Shown: positions 43,557-56,026, counted from the stretch's first letter. The stretch: 64,000 bases of DNA from Eubacteriales bacterium (GCA_045533505.1 JAZSHY010000025.1:20274-84273); one strand, 5' to 3'. The notes: generated by a model not told the origin, from the sequence alone. A program made the numbers and translations.

Positions 43557-44180
43557 ATGATAACCGTAGAGCGCGTTGCCGTTATGAACCTCGAAAATGC
43601 AATAAGGGGTGCCCGCAACCCGATGAACAGCTGGGAAAAATCGGATAGCTACTACAACGAGGAGGGTGTGTATGTCCTCGGCGAGAACGACCTCAGCCTC
43701 TGCCGCCGTCTTTCGGTGGCGGGCAGCGACCACAGAAAATACCTGCGCCAGATTTTCGTGTCTATGGACATTACGGCTCCCCTTTACTGGTGGAAGGAGT
43801 TTGATACCTATAAGGTAGCAACCGTGGCCAACTCCTGCTCCACCATGCACAAAATCCACGCGAAGCCCTTCACGAGAGAGGATTTCAGCTGTGACCGCAT
43901 GAGCGAGGGGGCGCTTGCCTGCCTCGACGGGGTGATTTCCCTTCTCGAAGCGCGCCGCCTTGCCTTCCTGGAAACCAAGGACGCCGCCTGCTGGCATGAC
44001 ATCATTCAGCTTTTGCCCTCCAGCTACAACCAGCTCCGCACCGTCACCCTGAACTACGAAACCCTCCTGAACATCTACTACGCACGCCGCCATCATAAGC
44101 TTGCCGAATGGCACACGCTTTGCGATATTATCCGCGGCTTGCCCTACGCCGAAACGCTTATTCTCATCAAGGAAGACTGA
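43557..44180 (+). CDS. hypothetical protein, possibly a divergent ThyX/Thy1-like fold (function uncertain)
   Basis: 207 aa. GSDHRKYLRQIFVSMDITAPLYWWKEFDTYKVATVANSCSTMHK resembles the spacing of the ThyX core but lacks the RHR...S...S.R signature. This call rests on pattern recollection only. Confidence 0.5.
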   Translation: MITVERVAVMNLENAIRGARNPMNSWEKSDSYYNEEGVYVLGENDLSLCRRLSVAGSDHRKYLRQIFVSMDITAPLYWWKEFDTYKVATVANSCSTMHKIHAKPFTREDFSCDRMSEGALACLDGVISLLEARRLAFLETKDAACWHDIIQLLPSSYNQLRTVTLNYETLLNIYYARRHHKLAEWHTLCDIIRGLPYAETLILIKED

Positions 44181-44315
44181 CGAGCGCATCGGGCGAGGGG
44201 CTGTCTTATAAGAATGCGAGAAAACGGGAAAGCCGAAAAAGAAGGCTCTCCCGAAAAGGCAGCTTCTTACTTTGACAGCCCCCGTTTGCCTTTTTTACCT
44301 CACGAAGGAGAAACC

Positions 44316-44945
44316 ATGGCCGATATTTTTGAACTTTTCCGCAAGCTGGGAAGCACCTCTCCCGAAAAATCCAGCCCGCCGAGCTTTCTCGTGGCAGGGC
44401 TCGGCAACCCCGGTGCCGAATACCGCGACACCCGTCATAACGCAGGCTTCTGGGCGCTCGACGCCCTGGCCGCCGCCATGGGGACCGAGGTGCGCCGCGC
44501 TCGCTTTCACGCCCTTGTGGGCGAGGGGAGCCTCGGCGGTGTCCGTACACTTCTCATGAAGCCAGAAACCTATATGAACGAATCGGGAAGGGCCATTGCC
44601 GAGGCCGCTTCCTTTTATAAGCTCGCGCCCGAGCACATTCTCGTGCTTTGCGACGACATCAGCTTTGCCCCCGGGGTGATACGGCTCCGCCGCCGCGGCT
44701 CGGCAGGGGGACACAACGGGCTTAAAAGCATTATCTCCGCCCTCGGCAGTCAGGATTTTCTGAGAATCCGCATCGGCGTTGGTCAGAAGCCCTCTGCCGA
44801 ATACCCGCTTGTGGACTGGGTGCTCGGCAGCCTTGGGCGCGCCGAAAGGCAGGCGGTGAATGCCCGTCTTCCCGACATTACAGAGGCCGCCGCCCTTATG
44901 GCGAAGGGTGAGTGCGAGGCCGCCATGAACCGCTTTGCGAGGTGA
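44316..44945 (+). CDS. pth: peptidyl-tRNA hydrolase
   Basis: FLVAGLGNPGAEYRDTRHNAGFWALD and GGHNGLKSI motifs. ATG at 44316 follows GAAGGAG. Confidence 0.9.
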   Translation: MADIFELFRKLGSTSPEKSSPPSFLVAGLGNPGAEYRDTRHNAGFWALDALAAAMGTEVRRARFHALVGEGSLGGVRTLLMKPETYMNESGRAIAEAASFYKLAPEHILVLCDDISFAPGVIRLRRRGSAGGHNGLKSIISALGSQDFLRIRIGVGQKPSAEYPLVDWVLGSLGRAERQAVNARLPDITEAAALMAKGECEAAMNRFAR

Positions 44946-44948
44946 CCG

Positions 44949-47900
44949 ATGAGCTACCGCACCAAGGCCCTTCTTGAAGCCCCTGCCGCCCGTGAGCTTC
45001 TCTCTCTCTTGCCCCGCGAGGCCGCCGCAGACGCCCCCGCTCCCATCGCGCTTTCGGGCCTCCCTCTCCCTGCCCTTGAGCTTTTGTGTGCCGAGGGCTG
45101 CCGCCGTCTTGCCGCTGAGGGGCGCGGCCCCGTTCTTATTTTCACAAAAACCGCCGAGGCCGCCTCACGCCTTGCCCTTTTGCTGAGGAGCGAGGGGCTT
45201 TCTGCCGAATTCTATCCTCCGCGCGACTATATTCTCTACCACATAAGCGCCTCTCACGATGCCGAAAGAACGCGGCTCTCGGTGCTTTCCTCGCTCCTTG
45301 CGGGCGGGCTCGATGCCGTCGTCACCACCCCCACTGCCGCCCTCGGCTATACGATGCCGCGCGCGCGGCTTTCGGCTGCCTCTCTTTCGGTGAAGGTGGG
45401 TGACGCCCTCTCGCCCGAAGAGCTTGCCTCGGTGCTCTCGGCCTGCGGCTACCGTGCCGTGACTACCGTGGAGGCGGCAGGGCAGTTCGCGCACCGAGGC
45501 GGCATTCTTGATTTTGCCGCCGAGGGAGATCGCCCCCCGATACGCATTGAGTTCTTCGGGGACGAGGTGGACCGCATCGGGCGCTTTGACTTCCTCACGC
45601 AAAGGCTTTGCGAGGGGCTCTCCGAGGCCTCCGTCTTCCCCGCGCGCGAGGTCGTGCCCGACGGGGCGGCGCGAGAGCGAATTCTTGCCGATATCGCGCG
45701 GCGCGAGAAGAAGACAGAGGAGAGTGAGCTTCTCTCTGCCCTTCGCGCCGAGCGCGCCGTGGTGGAGGGTGAGGGCGAGCTCCCCTTTGCCGACAAATAT
45801 ATTCCGCTTATCTATCCCGAGGGGGAAACCCTCCTTTCCTATTTCGGAGAGCGCACCCCCGTCTTTCTCATAAACGAAAGGGAGCTTTCCTCGCTCCTCG
45901 GCGAGGAGCTCCGCCTGCTTGCCGAGGAGGAGAGTGCGCTCATCGAAAAGGGCAGCCTCTCGGCGGGCTACCGTTCTCACGCGCCCGCCTCTCTCTACGA
46001 GAGCTTTCTTGCCTCGTCCCTCCCCCTTTATATGAATGTGTTTGCCTCCCCCCCTGCCGGAATGCGGCTTGCGGGGCTTTTCGGCTTTTCCTGCCGCAAG
46101 ACCGTCGCCTACGGCACAAAGCCCGAGCTCCTCACCTCTGACCTTGCCGACTACCGTGAGCGCGGCTACCGCGTGCTCCTGCTCTGCCGCAGTCGGAGCG
46201 AGGCCGCCCTTCGTGCCGAGGAGCTTGCGAGGGAGGGCCATCGCACACGGCTTGCCGAGGAGGACTCCCCCCTGCCGGAGCGCGGCGAAATCCTTCTTGT
46301 CGGGGAGGAGTGCGGTGAGGGCTTTGAGCTGCCCGACATCCGCCTTGCCGTCCTCTCTCTTACCGAGGAGGAGGGCGGCGCGAAAAAGAAGAAGCGCCCC
46401 CTGCGCTTCCGCGGAAGGGGGGCCGGCGTCGGCGAAAAAATCCTCTCGTACGCCGAGCTTTCAGAGGGCGACTATGTGGTGCATGCGGTGCACGGCATAG
46501 GGCGCTTTCTCGGTATGCGCGCCATGACGGTGGACGGCGTGACCAACGACTATATTACCCTGCAATACGCGGGAGAGGGGAAGCTCTTTCTCAGTGCCGA
46601 CAAGCTGGAGCTTGTTTCGCGCTATATCGGCGCGCACGCCGATGACGGGAGCGTGAAGCTTTCCAAAATCGGCGGAGCCGAATGGGGGCGCGCCAAGGCG
46701 CGTGCCAAGGCCGCCGCGCGCGATATGGCCAAGGAGCTTGTGGCTCTTTACGCCGCGCGCCAAAAGCGGGAGGGCTTTGCCTTCCCCCCCGAGGGCGAGC
46801 TTGAGTCCGAGTTTGCCGCCTCGTTTGAATATGAGGAAACCGAGCCCCAGGCAATTGCGATTGCCGAAATTTCCGCCGATATGTCGCGCCCCGTGCCGAT
46901 GGACCGCCTGCTTTGCGGCGACGTGGGCTTCGGCAAAACCGAGGTGGCGCTTCGTGCCGCCTTCCGCGCGGTGGTGGCGGGAAAGCAGGTGGCGATTCTT
47001 GTGCCCACCACCATTCTTGCCCTCCAGCATTACAACACCATTCGCGCCCGTATGCGCGGTTACCCCGTGGAGGTGGAGATGCTCAGCCGTCTGCGCACTC
47101 CGCGTGAAGCTGCCGCTATCCTGCGGAGGCTCTCGCGCGGCGAGACCGACATTGTGGTAGGCACCCATGCCCTCCTCGGCAAGGACGTCGCCTTCCGCGA
47201 CCTCGGCCTTCTGATTGTGGACGAGGAGCAGCGCTTCGGCGTGGCGCAGAAGGAGAAAATCAAGCAAATGGCAGACGGGGTGGACGTCCTCACGCTGACG
47301 GCAACCCCCATTCCGCGCACCCTCAATATGGCCATGAACGGCATTCGCGATATGTCGGTGCTCGACGAGGCTCCCTCTGACCGCTACCCCGTGGCCACCT
47401 TCGTTATGGAGCATGACGACCTTATGATTGCCGAAGCCATACGGCGTGAGCTTGCGCGCGGCGGTCAGGTACTCTACCTTTACAACCGCGTGGACACCAT
47501 CTACCGCGTGGCCGAAAAAATCGGCAGGGCTCTGCCCGAGGCGCGGCTTGCCGTTGCCCATGGGAAAATGGAGCGCGACGAGCTGGAAGCCATCTGGCAG
47601 GACCTCGTGCTCGGCGAGCTTGACATTCTGATTGCCACCACCATCATTGAAACGGGGGTGGACCTGCCAAACGCCAATACGCTTATCATTGAGGACGCCG
47701 ACAGGCTGGGGCTTGCCCAGCTTCACCAGCTGAGAGGCCGCGTGGGGCGCTCGGCAAGGCGTGCCTACGCCTATCTCACCTACCGCCCGGGCAAGGCCCT
47801 CTCGGAGATTGCCTCGAAGCGGCTTGAGGCTATTCGTGAATACTGCGAATTCGGCGCGGGCTTCCGCGTGGCCCTGCGCGACCTTGAGATACGGGGGGCG

Positions 47901-48491
47901 GGAAATCTGCTCGGTGCCGAGCAGCACGGGCATATCGACAGCATAGGCTACGATATGTACGTGAGGCTCCTCTCGGAGGCCGTTTTGGAGGAGCGAGGAG
48001 GACGGGTGGAGGTGCCGACGTCGGCCACCGTTCAGCTTTCGGTGGACGCGCACATCCCCGAAAGCTATATCCCCTCCTCCGCACACCGCATTGCGATGTA
48101 CAAGAAAATGTCGCTCATTCTCACCGAGGAGGACAGGCGCGACGTTCTCGACGAGTTCTGTGACCGCTTCGGCGAGCCGCCCCGCACCGTGCTTACCCTT
48201 CTCTCCGTCGCCCTCATCCGCGCGCTTGCCACGCGCCACGGCATTGTGAGGGTTTCACAGGGCGGCGGGGAGCTCCGCTTCGACTTTGAGGAGCTCTCTC
48301 TTTCGGCATGGAGCGAGGCCTTTGCCCGTCACCCCGGGCTTTCGATGGCAAGCTCCCCCGAGCCCTTCGTCCGTTACCGTCTCGCGCGCGGCGAGGACGC
48401 CGCCGCCGCCGCGCTTTCTATCCTTACCGCCTATGCGGAGGGGAATAGCCAAGCCGCAGAAACCAACGAAAAAAAGGAGTCTACCGTATGA
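44949..48491 (+). CDS. mfd: transcription-repair coupling factor
   Basis: 1180 aa. Motifs include GDYVVHAVHGIGRF, LLCGDVGFGKTEVALRAAF, LLIVDEEQRFG and QLHQLRGRVGRS. The conserved pth-mfd order is present. Confidence 0.95.
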   Translation: MSYRTKALLEAPAARELLSLLPREAAADAPAPIALSGLPLPALELLCAEGCRRLAAEGRGPVLIFTKTAEAASRLALLLRSEGLSAEFYPPRDYILYHISASHDAERTRLSVLSSLLAGGLDAVVTTPTAALGYTMPRARLSAASLSVKVGDALSPEELASVLSACGYRAVTTVEAAGQFAHRGGILDFAAEGDRPPIRIEFFGDEVDRIGRFDFLTQRLCEGLSEASVFPAREVVPDGAARERILADIARREKKTEESELLSALRAERAVVEGEGELPFADKYIPLIYPEGETLLSYFGERTPVFLINERELSSLLGEELRLLAEEESALIEKGSLSAGYRSHAPASLYESFLASSLPLYMNVFASPPAGMRLAGLFGFSCRKTVAYGTKPELLTSDLADYRERGYRVLLLCRSRSEAALRAEELAREGHRTRLAEEDSPLPERGEILLVGEECGEGFELPDIRLAVLSLTEEEGGAKKKKRPLRFRGRGAGVGEKILSYAELSEGDYVVHAVHGIGRFLGMRAMTVDGVTNDYITLQYAGEGKLFLSADKLELVSRYIGAHADDGSVKLSKIGGAEWGRAKARAKAAARDMAKELVALYAARQKREGFAFPPEGELESEFAASFEYEETEPQAIAIAEISADMSRPVPMDRLLCGDVGFGKTEVALRAAFRAVVAGKQVAILVPTTILALQHYNTIRARMRGYPVEVEMLSRLRTPREAAAILRRLSRGETDIVVGTHALLGKDVAFRDLGLLIVDEEQRFGVAQKEKIKQMADGVDVLTLTATPIPRTLNMAMNGIRDMSVLDEAPSDRYPVATFVMEHDDLMIAEAIRRELARGGQVLYLYNRVDTIYRVAEKIGRALPEARLAVAHGKMERDELEAIWQDLVLGELDILIATTIIETGVDLPNANTLIIEDADRLGLAQLHQLRGRVGRSARRAYAYLTYRPGKALSEIASKRLEAIREYCEFGAGFRVALRDLEIRGAGNLLGAEQHGHIDSIGYDMYVRLLSEAVLEERGGRVEVPTSATVQLSVDAHIPESYIPSSAHRIAMYKKMSLILTEEDRRDVLDEFCDRFGEPPRTVLTLLSVALIRALATRHGIVRVSQGGGELRFDFEELSLSAWSEAFARHPGLSMASSPEPFVRYRLARGEDAAAAALSILTAYAEGNSQAAETNEKKESTV

Positions 48492-49687
48492 ACAGCACGC
48501 CCCTCTTTCCCCCGAAGACCGCACCCAAAAGGAGAAGACGCCCGACACTCCTCATCTCTCTTCTGGCCATCCTTTGCCTCCTTGCCGTCACGGCAGGGCT
48601 TCTCCTTGCTCTTCTGCCTCGGGTGCCCGCCGCGCTCTCCTATAAGGGAATCTCGGTTGACAGGGATATGTACGCCTTCTGGTATGCCACCCTGAAATCC
48701 GATTTCATGGTGCGCCACGGCATAAAGACCGACAACGACGCCACGTGGAGCACCGCCTGCCCCCTGAAGGAGCACAGCGGCAAGACCTGGGGAGAGGTGC
48801 TCGGCACCGAAATTCACGAGGCCATTCGCCTGAAGCTTGCCGCCGCCATGCTCTACGACGAGATGGGGCTTTCGATGGCGACGGGGCAATCGGCACGGGT
48901 AAGCTCCTACCTTGACGACCTTCTCGAATATGCCGCCGACGGCAAGAGGGACAAGCTTCGGGAAATCCTCAGCTACTACCGCACCACCGAAAGGGCGGTG
49001 AAGAAATGCGCCGCCTATGACCTCAAGGCAGAGCTCCTTTACTACTATCTCGCACTTGACAACGGAGAGCATCTTGAAACCGAGGAGCTTGTCGCCTACT
49101 ACCAAAAGGCCTACACCCGCGTGAAGGTCGTGTATATCAACGACAGCGTATACGGCTCCTATGAAAACGGCGAGAGGACCGAGGTGCCGCTTGACTTCAT
49201 AAGCGGCCCCGGCGCGCAAAACGGCGAGGACGAGGCGGCCCTTGACGCCCACCTCGTAAACGGAACCGTCACCGAGGCGGCCTTTGAGGAATTCCTTGCC
49301 CGCTCGGACGAGGGGCTTCACGACGAGGGGGCCTATCCCCACGGCATTTATTCCACCCTCGGTCAGCAGCTCTGGCAGACGGGCTTTCTCGACAAGAGCG
49401 TGGCCGAGGCTGCCTACGGCCTTGAAGCGGGCGTGCTCCGCAAGGTAACCACCGAGAGGGGTGTTGCCTTCCTTCTCGGCTATGCGCTCGACACAGGCTC
49501 CTATGTGAGAGAGGAGAGCGCCGTCTTCTTCTCCGATTTCTTCTCGCGTGCCGCCGAGGAGGCCGTCACCGCGCGTGCCGCGGCTCTCCTCCCCGAAATT
49601 GAGGAGCACCCCGAAGCCTTTGCCGAGCTTACCGTCTTTACCGTCCCCCACAACAAGGGTGAGCTCTGGCTTTGCAGCATGCGCTGA
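48488..49687 (+). CDS. membrane-anchored hypothetical protein (possibly a SurA/PrsA N-terminal-like chaperone domain)
   Basis: ATGA overlap with the mfd stop. One N-terminal TM helix (LLISLLAILCLLAVTAGLLLALL) followed by about 350 aa of helical-looking soluble sequence. There is no PPIase motif. Confidence 0.6.
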   Translation: MNSTPLFPPKTAPKRRRRPTLLISLLAILCLLAVTAGLLLALLPRVPAALSYKGISVDRDMYAFWYATLKSDFMVRHGIKTDNDATWSTACPLKEHSGKTWGEVLGTEIHEAIRLKLAAAMLYDEMGLSMATGQSARVSSYLDDLLEYAADGKRDKLREILSYYRTTERAVKKCAAYDLKAELLYYYLALDNGEHLETEELVAYYQKAYTRVKVVYINDSVYGSYENGERTEVPLDFISGPGAQNGEDEAALDAHLVNGTVTEAAFEEFLARSDEGLHDEGAYPHGIYSTLGQQLWQTGFLDKSVAEAAYGLEAGVLRKVTTERGVAFLLGYALDTGSYVREESAVFFSDFFSRAAEEAVTARAAALLPEIEEHPEAFAELTVFTVPHNKGELWLCSMR

Positions 49688-49707
49688 GCCCCCAAAAAGG
49701 AGAGCCT

Positions 49708-50904
49708 ATGCACTACGAAAGCCTCTCAAGGGAATGTGAGGCGCGCATTCTTGAGGACCGCGCGCACGGTGTGCGGAGCCCCTACGCCGCCGACGAGAGC
49801 CGTGCCCTGCGCCGCCGCGCCGACCCGCGCGACTCCTCCGACCTTCTGCGCGGCCCGTTTGCACGGGATATCGACAAAATCCTGCACTGCCCCTTTTACA
49901 GCCGCTATGCCGACAAAACGCAGGTGTTTGCCTTTTATCGGAACGATGACCTCACACGCCGTTCTCTGCACGTTCAGCTCGTCTCTCGGATTGCGCGAAG
50001 CCTCGGGGAGCTCCTCGGGCTTCGCACCGACCTCATCGAAGCGATTGCCCTCGGCCACGACATCGGCCACACCCCCTTCGGGCACGCGGGCGAGCGCTTC
50101 CTCGACGCTCTGCTTTTCGGCCACACGGGCAGGCACTTCTCGCACAATGTACATTCGGTGCGCGTGCTTGACCGCATCTTCCCCTACAACATCACGCTCG
50201 AAACCCTCACGGGCATCGCGGGGCATGACGGCGAGAGCGAGAGGAACGAATACCGCCCCTGTCCGATGGCCGATTTTGCCGCCTTTGACGAGGCGATTGA
50301 GGGGGCCTGCCGTGACCGCGAGCTCGCCCGACGGCTTCACCCCTCCACGCTTGAGGGCTGCTGCGTGAGGATTGCCGACATCATAGCCTATCTCGGCAAG
50401 GACCGCCAGGACGCCGCCCGCGCAGGGCTTGCCTCCGAGGAGGACTTCACGCCCTCGGAGATAGGCACCTACAATTCCGAAATCATTCGCAACCTGATGG
50501 TGAACCTTGTGGAACACAGCTACGGGCACCCCTATCTCAGAATGGACGAGGCGCACTTCGCCGCCCTCTCGGCTGCCAAGGAGGAGAACTATCGGAAAAT
50601 CTATCATTCCCCGCTTGTCAGCCGCCGCTTCTCGGAAACGGTTGCGCCGATGATGGAGAGGCTCTACGAGCGTCTTCTCGCCGACCTCCTTGCGGGGCGC
50701 GAGGCGTCGCCCATCTTCCGCCATCATATTGCCTACGTGACGGCGGCGCACTATCCGCGCGAGAGCCCCTATGAGGAAACCGAGCCGAACCAGCTTGTGG
50801 TGGACTACATTGCCTCTATGACAGACAGCTATTTCGTGGAGCTTTACCGCCATCTTTTCGGCGACACGCCGTCATCCGCCGATTACCGCCCCTACTTCGG
50901 CTGA
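49708..50904 (+). CDS. HD-domain dNTP triphosphohydrolase-like protein (dGTPase family)
   Basis: RRSLHVQLVSRIARSLG...AIALGHDIGHTPFGHAGERFL contains the HD motif. ATG at 49708 follows AAAAGGAGAG. Confidence 0.8.
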   Translation: MHYESLSRECEARILEDRAHGVRSPYAADESRALRRRADPRDSSDLLRGPFARDIDKILHCPFYSRYADKTQVFAFYRNDDLTRRSLHVQLVSRIARSLGELLGLRTDLIEAIALGHDIGHTPFGHAGERFLDALLFGHTGRHFSHNVHSVRVLDRIFPYNITLETLTGIAGHDGESERNEYRPCPMADFAAFDEAIEGACRDRELARRLHPSTLEGCCVRIADIIAYLGKDRQDAARAGLASEEDFTPSEIGTYNSEIIRNLMVNLVEHSYGHPYLRMDEAHFAALSAAKEENYRKIYHSPLVSRRFSETVAPMMERLYERLLADLLAGREASPIFRHHIAYVTAAHYPRESPYEETEPNQLVVDYIASMTDSYFVELYRHLFGDTPSSADYRPYFG

Positions 50905-50911
50905 CAGGAAC

Positions 50912-50948
50912 AAAAGAGCTATCCCGCCAAGCGGTATAGCTCTTTTTC
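50912..50948 (+). terminator. rho-independent terminator after the HD-domain gene
   Basis: aagagctat-c-ccgc-caa-gcgg-t-atagctctt followed by tttc. Confidence 0.55.
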
Positions 50949-50981
50949 TTTGCCCGAAGCGGTAGCCCCCTCGGGTATCTC

Positions 50982-52109
50982 TTATTTGAAAATCTTTTTG
51001 AAGAAGGAGGTCTTTTTCGCGTTGTTCCCCTCGCCGCAGCTCTTGGAGAAGGCGAGAAGCAGCTCCTTCTGCTGAGGAGTGAGGTCCTTTGGCACCTCCA
51101 CGACAACCGTGAACAGAATGTCGCCGTAGCGCGACGAGCGCACCTCCTTGACACCCTTGCCGCGCAGGCGGAAGGTCGTGCCCGTCTGGGTTCCCTCGGG
51201 AATCGTGTATTTCTCGGTTTTCTTGTCGGGCGTGGGCACGTCAATCTCGGCACCGAGCGCGGCCTCGGCAAAGGTGACGGGCACCTCGCAGTAGAGGTCA
51301 CGCCCCTCGCGGCGGAATAAGGCGTGAGGCTTTACCCTCATTTCAATGTAAAGGTCGCCCGCCCTGCCTCCGCGGCGCCCGCAATCACCCTCGCCCGAAA
51401 CACGCATGCGCTCGCCGCTGTCAATGCCCTCGGGAATGGTGATGGTCTTTTTCCTCGTTTTTTTGATGTAGGCGCGTCCCCCGCATTCCTTGCACGGACG
51501 CTTGATGCTCCTTCCTCGGCCTCCGCACGCCGAGCAGGCTCTCTGCGTACGGATTATGCCAAACGGGGAATTCTGCTGCACCGTCACCTGCCCTGTGCCG
51601 CGGCAGGTCTTGCAGGTCTCGATGTCGGCCTCGCTCTCGGCTCCCTTGCCGTGGCAGAGCTCGCATTCCTCCACGTGGCTGTACGAGATTTCCTTCTTGC
51701 AGCCGAACACGGCCTCCTCAAAGTCAAGGGTAAGGCGAAGGAGAATGTCATCTCCGTCCTCGGCCATCGTGCGGCCTCCCCCCTGTGCGCGGCCTCCGCC
51801 GAAGAAGGAGGAGAAGATGTCACCGATGTCACCGAAGTCCCCGAAGCCCGAGAAGCCCGAGAAGCCGCCGCCCGCCTCAGGGTCAAAGGCGGCATGGCCG
51901 AAGCGGTCATACTTCTCACGCTTTTCCGCATCCGAAAGCACGGCATACGCCTCGTTGATTTCCTTGAACTTGGCCTCGGCCTCGGCATCCCCCGGGTGCA
52001 TATCGGGGTGGTATTTCTTGGCGAGGGTACGGTAGGCCTTCTTTATGGCTGCGTCATCCGCGTCCTTCGAAAGGCCCAGCACCTCGTAATAATCTCTTTT
52101 GTCCTGCAT
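50982..52109 (-). CDS. dnaJ: molecular chaperone DnaJ
   Basis: J-domain [31 protein letters not shown], a G/F-rich region, and four CxxCxGxG zinc motifs. Confidence 0.95.
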   Translation of the reverse strand: MQDKRDYYEVLGLSKDADDAAIKKAYRTLAKKYHPDMHPGDAEAEAKFKEINEAYAVLSDAEKREKYDRFGHAAFDPEAGGGFSGFSGFGDFGDIGDIFSSFFGGGRAQGGGRTMAEDGDDILLRLTLDFEEAVFGCKKEISYSHVEECELCHGKGAESEADIETCKTCRGTGQVTVQQNSPFGIIRTQRACSACGGRGRSIKRPCKECGGRAYIKKTRKKTITIPEGIDSGERMRVSGEGDCGRRGGRAGDLYIEMRVKPHALFRREGRDLYCEVPVTFAEAALGAEIDVPTPDKKTEKYTIPEGTQTGTTFRLRGKGVKEVRSSRYGDILFTVVVEVPKDLTPQQKELLLAFSKSCGEGNNAKKTSFFKKIFK

Positions 52110-52184
52110 ACTGCATCTCTCTCCTTACGTGACCGCCCCCCGCGGCGCGGGGGGCGGCAAGCCGGAGCCTGCCGCCGTGACGGC

Positions 52185-53993
<1,809 letters not shown>

Positions 53994-54077
53994 TCATTTC
54001 CTCCAAATATTTCGTTAGGTTTTGTTTACATTATTGTTTTGCTTGATGTGTTGCCGTAGGCTTCGGTTGTCCTGCCC

Positions 54078-54686
54078 TCAGTTGGCCACCGTGACCATGG
54101 CATAGCGCAGAATGCGCTCGCCCTTTTTGTAGCCCTTCTGGTGAACCGCGGTGATTTCTCCCTCGCCGCGCTCGCCGTCCTCGGTGTGCATGACGGCATT
54201 GTGCAGGCCGGGGTCAAAGGTCTCTCCCACCTCGCCGAAGGTCTCTACTCCGAGGGAGGCAAGCGCCTCGCGCGCGGCCTTGGCTATCATCGCAAGCCCC
54301 TCGGCCACCCTTTCGCCATCGGTGTAGAGCGCGGCGCGCTCAAGATTGTCAAGCACGGGGAGGAACCCCGAAAGAGCCCCCTCCAGCCCATCGGTGTAGG
54401 CCGCGCTCTTTTCGGCGGCGGCGCGGCGGCGGAAGTTATCGTATTCGGCGGCAAGCCGCAAATGCTTGTCGGCAAGGGCGGCCTCCGCCTCACGGGCGGC
54501 GGCAAGCGCCTCCTCTGCCTCGGCCAGCTTCTTTTTCAGCTCAAGGACCTCCCGCGCCAGCTTTTTGGGGCCGGGCTCGGCTGCCTTCTCGGCGGCCTCC
54601 GCCTCTGCTGCCTCCTCGCGGCAGGAGAGCTCCTCGGTGTCCTCCCTCATTTCGGCGGACTCGTTCTGTGTCGTATCGGTTTCCAT
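54078..54686 (-). CDS. grpE: nucleotide exchange factor GrpE
   Basis: Acidic N-terminus, a coiled coil, and RLAAEYDNFRRR...FDPGLHNAV...GYKKGERILRYAMVTV. Confidence 0.9.
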   Translation of the reverse strand: METDTTQNESAEMREDTEELSCREEAAEAEAAEKAAEPGPKKLAREVLELKKKLAEAEEALAAAREAEAALADKHLRLAAEYDNFRRRAAAEKSAAYTDGLEGALSGFLPVLDNLERAALYTDGERVAEGLAMIAKAAREALASLGVETFGEVGETFDPGLHNAVMHTEDGERGEGEITAVHQKGYKKGERILRYAMVTVAN

Positions 54687-54690
54687 TCTT

Positions 54691-55773
54691 CTATCCTTTC
54701 AAGAGAAAATTCGTGTCGCCGCCGCCGCTGAGCATATCGTCTATGCGCGCGGCAAGCCTTTCAATTACATCAATAACCCTCGAATAGTCCATTCTTCTCG
54801 GGCCGATGACGCCGATGGCGCCTATCACTCGTCCGTCACGCCGTATGCTGTGATATACGAGCGTGGAATTTTTCATCACCTTCACGGTGTTTTCACTTCC
54901 GATACAGACGTTGATTCCCTCCGCGTCCTCCTCCTCAAGAGGCACGAGACTGCGAAGCTCCTCCTTGTTTTCAAGCACGTGGAGCAGCGAGCGCAGGGTT
55001 TCTCTGTCCGAATATTCGGGGTATTGAAGCAAATGGTTCACACCCTCCACCGCCGTATGCGGTCCGTCGGCCTCCAGAATGGCCTCGTACACCTTACGGA
55101 CAAGGGGAGAAACGAGAACCCCGAGCCGCCCCATGCCGCGCTCGATTTCGCCTATCAGCGAAAGGCTGAAGCCGTCGGCGGGCACGCCCGCCAGCTTCTC
55201 GTTCATAAGTGCGATGAGCCGTGCCTGCTCCTCCGCCGTCATGGGAAGCGGCGTTGTCAGCGAGCGCGTGACGGCGGCGCCGTCTTCCATCAGCATGACG
55301 AGCACCATGCGGTAGGCATCTACCCGCACCGACTCAAAGCGCGAAACCGTGGCCGTCGTTCCTCTCCGCTTCACGGCAATGCCCGTGTAGTTCGTGGCGG
55401 CTGCCGCGATGCGCGAGGCCTCGGAAAGCAGCTGGTCCATTTCGGCAAGCTTGGTTTCAAGGCTTTCGGTAATCGAGTCAATCTCCCCCGAGGTCATGCG
55501 GTACTGCTCAAGGAGCGAATTCACATAAAAACGGTAGCCGAGCTCACTGGGAATACGCCCTGCCGAGGTGTGAGGCTGCTCCAGAAAGCCGAGCGCCTCA
55601 AGCTCCGCCATTTCGTTGCGAATGGTAGCAGAGGAGCAGGATAACTGCTGATTTTCTGCCAGATATTTGGAGCCGACAGGCTCGCCGTAGGTGATATACG
55701 CATCAATAATTGCCTTCAAAATGCACTGCTTTCTTGGGCTTAATTGATAGTTCTCGGGCAGCTTTCCCTGCAT
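54691..55773 (-). CDS. hrcA: heat-inducible transcription repressor HrcA
   Basis: LSPRKQCILKAIIDAYITYGEPVGSKYLAE...SSATIRNEMAELEALGFLEQPHTSAGRIPS. It is the first gene of the hrcA-grpE-dnaK-dnaJ operon. Confidence 0.92.
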   Translation of the reverse strand: MQGKLPENYQLSPRKQCILKAIIDAYITYGEPVGSKYLAENQQLSCSSATIRNEMAELEALGFLEQPHTSAGRIPSELGYRFYVNSLLEQYRMTSGEIDSITESLETKLAEMDQLLSEASRIAAAATNYTGIAVKRRGTTATVSRFESVRVDAYRMVLVMLMEDGAAVTRSLTTPLPMTAEEQARLIALMNEKLAGVPADGFSLSLIGEIERGMGRLGVLVSPLVRKVYEAILEADGPHTAVEGVNHLLQYPEYSDRETLRSLLHVLENKEELRSLVPLEEEDAEGINVCIGSENTVKVMKNSTLVYHSIRRDGRVIGAIGVIGPRRMDYSRVIDVIERLAARIDDMLSGGGDTNFLLKG

Positions 55774-55804
55774 GGTCGCTTCTCCTTTCTGCCGAGGGGC
55801 AGTT

Positions 55805-55831
55805 TTAGCACTTTCAGCAAGAGAGTGCTAA
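55805..55831. promoter_or_regulatory. CIRCE operator (HrcA binding site)
   Basis: TTAGCACTT-N9-GAGTGCTAA, 32 nt upstream of the hrcA start. It matches the consensus TTAGCACTC-N9-GAGTGCTAA. Confidence 0.85.
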
Positions 55832-55997
55832 TTTCTGTTTATAAAGTATCATACTCTCAGACGAAAGTCAATAGCTTTTTCTCTCTTATTTGTGAATTTT
55901 TCATGAACGGGCCCCTTCTGCCGTGCGGCGATACGGAAGGAGCCCCGTTCCTTGACGAAAAAAATGGGGTACCCGTCCAAAACTTATTCCTCTTACC

Positions 55998-56026
55998 TTG
56001 ACACAGATATAAAAATAAGGTATAAT
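55998..56026 (+). promoter_or_regulatory. consensus sigma-A promoter for rny
   Basis: TTGACA (55998-56003), 17-nt spacer, TATAAT (56021-56026). The 5' UTR is about 125 nt. Confidence 0.6.

Noticed and set aside
46461-48239. 592-aa minus-strand ORF (and 45165-46241)
   Set aside because: It is antisense to mfd.
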